Part shown: one piece after another, positions 63,995-64,000 of the stretch
How positions within the stretch are numbered: the stretch's first letter is position 1
Layout of the letters: the number at the start of each line of letters is the position of its first letter
From: an uncultured Chloroflexia bacterium
GTDB taxonomy: Bacteria > Chloroflexota > Ktedonobacteria > Ktedonobacterales > Ktedonobacteraceae
Assembly: GCA_963731605.1 (NCBI GenBank)
Contig: CAVSWA010000001.1
Location: 439,242-503,241, forward strand
DNA: 64,000 nt
Direction: 5' to 3'
Made by a program: the position numbers and the translations under genes
Notes under the pieces: generated by a model
Databases searched by the model: none
Told to the model about the DNA's origin: nothing
The model's input: the letters and a program-made list of their open reading frames with translations, nothing else

Positions 63995-64000
63995 CTTCTC

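Noticed and set aside
1-64000. Long antisense or out-of-frame ORFs, e.g. 55920-56957 (345 aa), 31552-32418 (288 aa), 48992-49768 (258 aa), 45271-46083 (270 aa), 37185-37919 (244 aa), 31898-32575 and 27734-28327
   Set aside because: Each lies entirely within, and opposite or out of frame to, a gene with strong family motifs. They have Arg/Ala/Pro/Gly-rich shadow-ORF composition typical of GC-rich DNA.
1-64000. tRNA, rRNA, tmRNA, transposase, integrase or prophage genes
   Set aside because: I saw no T-loop or acceptor-type tRNA signatures outside coding regions, no rRNA-like segments, and no ORF with DDE, tyrosine- or serine-recombinase or phage structural features. The only mobile-type element is the intein, apart from the short repeats.

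Overview
This is a 64-kb, gene-dense chromosomal window with about 55 protein genes. I found no rRNA, tRNA, CRISPR array or transposase. The organism is a moderately GC-rich bacterium. The repeat families and the PPOX/F420/LLM-type enzymes suggest Chloroflexota, possibly Ktedonobacteria-like, but that is inference only.

Content from left to right:
- An SDR-hyuA-hyuB cluster and a FAD oxidoreductase.
- A frame-broken orphan N6-adenine DNA methyltransferase.
- PPOX-type enzymes and a frame-broken CrtI-like oxidoreductase.
- A large TPR protein.
- A complete four-gene Wadjet-type SMC anti-plasmid operon (jetABCD, minus strand). Its jetC is interrupted by a G-rich REP-like insertion.
- A histidine-type operon immediately upstream on the same strand: HisRS-like(hisZ?)-hisG(long form)-[HAD phosphatase::kinase-like fusion]-hisH-hisA-hisF-hisIE-hisD. 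No hisB or hisC is present, and the HisD differs from canonical HisD at remembered metal-ligand positions.
- A lipoprotein and a membrane protein.
- ccr and an LLM oxidoreductase.
- A membrane-lipid locus: DedA, a GT28 glycosyltransferase, and sqdB. The sqdB gene carries a 357-aa LAGLIDADG intein inside its catalytic YxxxK motif.
- A MerR-MFS-LplA-like operon and a CAP-domain protein.
- A five-gene two-component cluster.
- A cluster with an adjacent IclR regulator gene: an HcrCAB-like molybdoenzyme, an aryl-CoA ligase and an MFS transporter.
- An ApbE / ferric-reductase-like module.

Cross-cutting observations:
- At least eight genes are split by single frame shifts, several exactly at short homopolymers. 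One of these is in hisD. This points to sequence errors or unusual pseudogenisation.
- Two families of palindromic REP/MITE-like repeats are present.
- Several long perfect hairpins sit between convergent genes.
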